From: an uncultured delta proteobacterium
Lineage (GTDB): Bacteria; Desulfobacterota; Binatia; Binatales; Binataceae
Assembly (NCBI GenBank): GCA_963711565.1
Contig: CAVQEQ010000004.1
Span: forward strand, 736,001 to 800,000
Length of the DNA: 64,000 bases
Reading direction: 5' to 3'
Shown here: in pieces, positions 61,684 through 64,000 of the stretch
Layout: each line of letters starts with the position of its first letter
How positions within the stretch are numbered: position 1 is the first letter of the stretch
Translations under genes and position numbers: made by a program
The notes under the pieces: generated by a model
What the model saw: the letters and a program-made list of their open reading frames with translations, nothing else
Database searches by the model: none
What the model was told of the DNA's origin: nothing

Positions 61684-62577
61684 ATGGATGTTTACAGCAT
61701 CATCACCGAACGGATTATCGAGAAACTCAGCGCAGGCGTTGTACCTTGGCACAAACCATGGCGAAGTGTCGGAGCACCTCGCAACCTCGCATCGAAGAAG
61801 GCCTACCGCGGCATCAATGTATGGCTCCTCACGGCGTCGGAATATACGTCACCGTATTGGGCGACCGTCCGGCAGGTAAACGAACTTGGCGGCCAAGTGC
61901 GAAAGGGCGAGAAGGCAACACCGGTGGTCTTCTGGCGCGTTTACGTCGATGGCGTCGAAATGAAGGCGTCAGGTAACGAGTGCGAGCCGGAAAACGAACA
62001 GACGGGAGGTCCGGGAAGGCGCCGATTTGTCTTACGCTACTACTCGGTTTTCAACACTAAGCAATGTGATCTTCCGGCCGCGATCACTGAGAAGTTGCAG
62101 GTACCCGAGGAGCGACCTATGGACCCTATCGTCGCATGCGAGAAGGCGCTTGCCGGGATGCCCAAGGCGCCCGAGATTCAGCACGCCGCCGATAAGGCTT
62201 TCTATTCGTCGGCGACCGACCGAATTACGATGCCGGCGCGCACGCTGTTCGAGAGCGCCGAAGAATACTGGTCAACCCTCTGGCATGAGGCCGCGCACGC
62301 GACTGGACATCCGAAGCGCCTCAACCGCGACTCGATCACTCAAGCCGCGCCGTTCGGATCGGCGATCTACAGCGCCGAGGAAGTCCTTGCGGAAATGACG
62401 GCGGCTTATCTGTGTGGAATGTGCGGGATCGCCAACCGCACGGTTAACAATTCCGCCGCGTATATCGCGGGATGGCTTGGGAAGCTTCGCGATGATCCCA
62501 AGCTCATCGTCCACGCGGCAGCCCAGGCACAGAAGGCCGCAGAATTCATCCTTGGCCGACAGGACCCTGAAAACTAG
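61684..62577 (+). CDS. ardC: ArdC-like antirestriction/ssDNA-binding protein (DUF1738 plus zincin)
   Basis: PWHKPW, YRGIN, QVRKGEK, HEAAHATGH, EEVLAE. Confidence 0.9.
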   Translation: MDVYSIITERIIEKLSAGVVPWHKPWRSVGAPRNLASKKAYRGINVWLLTASEYTSPYWATVRQVNELGGQVRKGEKATPVVFWRVYVDGVEMKASGNECEPENEQTGGPGRRRFVLRYYSVFNTKQCDLPAAITEKLQVPEERPMDPIVACEKALAGMPKAPEIQHAADKAFYSSATDRITMPARTLFESAEEYWSTLWHEAAHATGHPKRLNRDSITQAAPFGSAIYSAEEVLAEMTAAYLCGMCGIANRTVNNSAAYIAGWLGKLRDDPKLIVHAAAQAQKAAEFILGRQDPEN

Positions 62578-62849
62578 ACGACAGCGGCGCGGCTCCTTGG
62601 GGGGCCGCGCCGAGTTACGCGGCACAAGCCGCGGAACTCATCGCCCGCGCACTGGTCTGAATCGTAGTGAAAAATCCACCACTTGAGCGCGATTCGCTGT
62701 GGAGAGCCCGACCTCTGCGGTCCTCAGAGGAGAATCGTACCGGCCCCTTTTTTGTTTAACTTTCTTGGCTATTCGCATACGCTTGACGCCGATATCATCG
62801 CCGTTCAAGGCGCGCGTAAGAGGCTATCGGACGCTTCGAGGTTGACAGA

Positions 62850-64000
62850 GTGTCGGAGGAGGGACGACCACATCAGTTAACAAATATCACTCGCCTGCGG
62901 GTCATCTACCGAGACAGCAAATCCGATGCGAGAATTCTGCTGGCGTTAAGAGATGAACTTAAGAAAAGACGTACCAAGAGCGCCCGCGAACTCCTCGCAA
63001 CCGTTCAGTGGCAGCTCGACAGAGTGATAGCCAAGCAGCGTGATGAAATGAGTGGGGGAAAACCGACAACCGATGATACGCGTGTCTCCGACGAGGCGAG
63101 AGACGGGGCCGAAGGTCCGGCCAGGCGTGTACTGAGTTCCCGAGAATTGGCGGCGCAGAAGCGTATCGCAGACTTGCGCATGCGGCTCCTCGATCTGAGC
63201 AACGGCAACCGGCTTCTTAACTACAAGTTCAGTAACCGCTCGCGCAGGCATGTGCGTTTGGTTGACGAACTTCCCGACAAAATCCTCAACAAGCTCGTAG
63301 AGGGAAAGCGCCTCACCTTCAAATCACTCCCGGAACCAGACGACGAACCCGAGGACGAAAAGAGCGACGAGTTCCTCTTGGCGCTTGAGCAGGCGAAACG
63401 CTCGGACGAAGAGTATCTCCAAGCGCTCAGAAACCTCGAAGACGACGACCAAGGCGATGTTACACGCCGCATCGAACGTGCTCTGCGCGACCGTCTCAGA
63501 AAGGCACTCGCGATGCCCGATCGTCGTGTGCGCGATCAGATTGGCAAAGCCGAATGGGCACGTCAGTCTGGCATAGATCCGAGCTTCGACCTTCCAATCC
63601 CAACTGCGGAACCCAAAGACTCATATCTCGACGGGGATCTGCAGACGCTTCTTTTGCCCGAGGAAATGGAACGGACACTCTCGGCCATCAACGACCAAGC
63701 CCGTAGTTCACTCCAAGAAACCGGCGTCAACACGCTCTACTTGGCAGTTGGATACCTCGAATGGTACGAGGCTCCCAATTCGCAGACTCCTTTGTACGCA
63801 CCGCTGCTCCTCCATCCAGTCAACATAGAACGAAAGATCGTGGCCGGCAGATATCGCTATTCGATCGGCAGTCTTGGCGAAGATAACGAAGTCAACATCA
63901 CCCTTTCCGAACGGTTGCACCAGGACTTTCACCGGCGTCTTCCGCCGCTGAGCGAGGAGGATACACCCGAAACTTACTTCGACAAGGTCGCAGCGACGAT
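62850..64000 (+). CDS. DUF4011 domain protein (N-terminus of a large helicase-type defence protein), partial
   Basis: Manual translation from GTG 62850: RLLDLSNGNRLLN...QETGVNTLYLAVGYLEW...APLLLHPV; open to the window end. Confidence 0.85.
   Translation, partial: MSEEGRPHQLTNITRLRVIYRDSKSDARILLALRDELKKRRTKSARELLATVQWQLDRVIAKQRDEMSGGKPTTDDTRVSDEARDGAEGPARRVLSSRELAAQKRIADLRMRLLDLSNGNRLLNYKFSNRSRRHVRLVDELPDKILNKLVEGKRLTFKSLPEPDDEPEDEKSDEFLLALEQAKRSDEEYLQALRNLEDDDQGDVTRRIERALRDRLRKALAMPDRRVRDQIGKAEWARQSGIDPSFDLPIPTAEPKDSYLDGDLQTLLLPEEMERTLSAINDQARSSLQETGVNTLYLAVGYLEWYEAPNSQTPLYAPLLLHPVNIERKIVAGRYRYSIGSLGEDNEVNITLSERLHQDFHRRLPPLSEEDTPETYFDKVAAT

Larger units (their letters stand above)
29679..64000. 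mobile_element. Integrative mobilizable element / defence island (right end beyond the window; may be composite)
   Basis: tRNA junction, arm-type repeats, tra genes with oriT, defence cargo, visibly lower GC; no integrase seen in the window. Confidence 0.8.

Overview
High-GC bacterial chromosome segment in two parts; gene content and style suggest a soil organism such as Binatota, which is inference only. (1) 1-29.6 kb is core-like: a TetR-controlled aromatic catabolic operon (HpaB-type monooxygenase, aldehyde dehydrogenase, FAH-family protein, NahC-like extradiol dioxygenase, acyl-CoA dehydrogenase pair), transporters, Fur-boxed bfd-bfr, a two-component cluster and an ABC efflux operon. It also holds a small lower-GC insert at 24.3-25.85 kb, built around a diverged second copy of a response-regulator 3' end. 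That insert carries a SeqA_N/RAMA-like gene and a YjaZ(HtrC)-like gene facing a compact, promoter- and terminator-bounded, apparently pseudoknotted ncRNA; this is my top candidate for an undescribed protein-RNA system. (2) From 29.68 kb to the window end is an integrative mobilizable defence island that starts inside the anticodon loop of tRNA-Arg(TCG), leaving only the 5' half here. It contains arm-type repeats, Ti-like traC-traD-traG-oriT-traA, a disrupted Avs3a plus Avs3b, a second nuclease-STAND gene behind hipBA, an FHA/Ser-Thr kinase cluster running into two Rhs toxin-immunity cassettes that both appear to target peptidoglycan, IS21, ArdC and a DUF4011 gene cut by the window edge. All family calls come from recognising motifs by eye; no searches were run.
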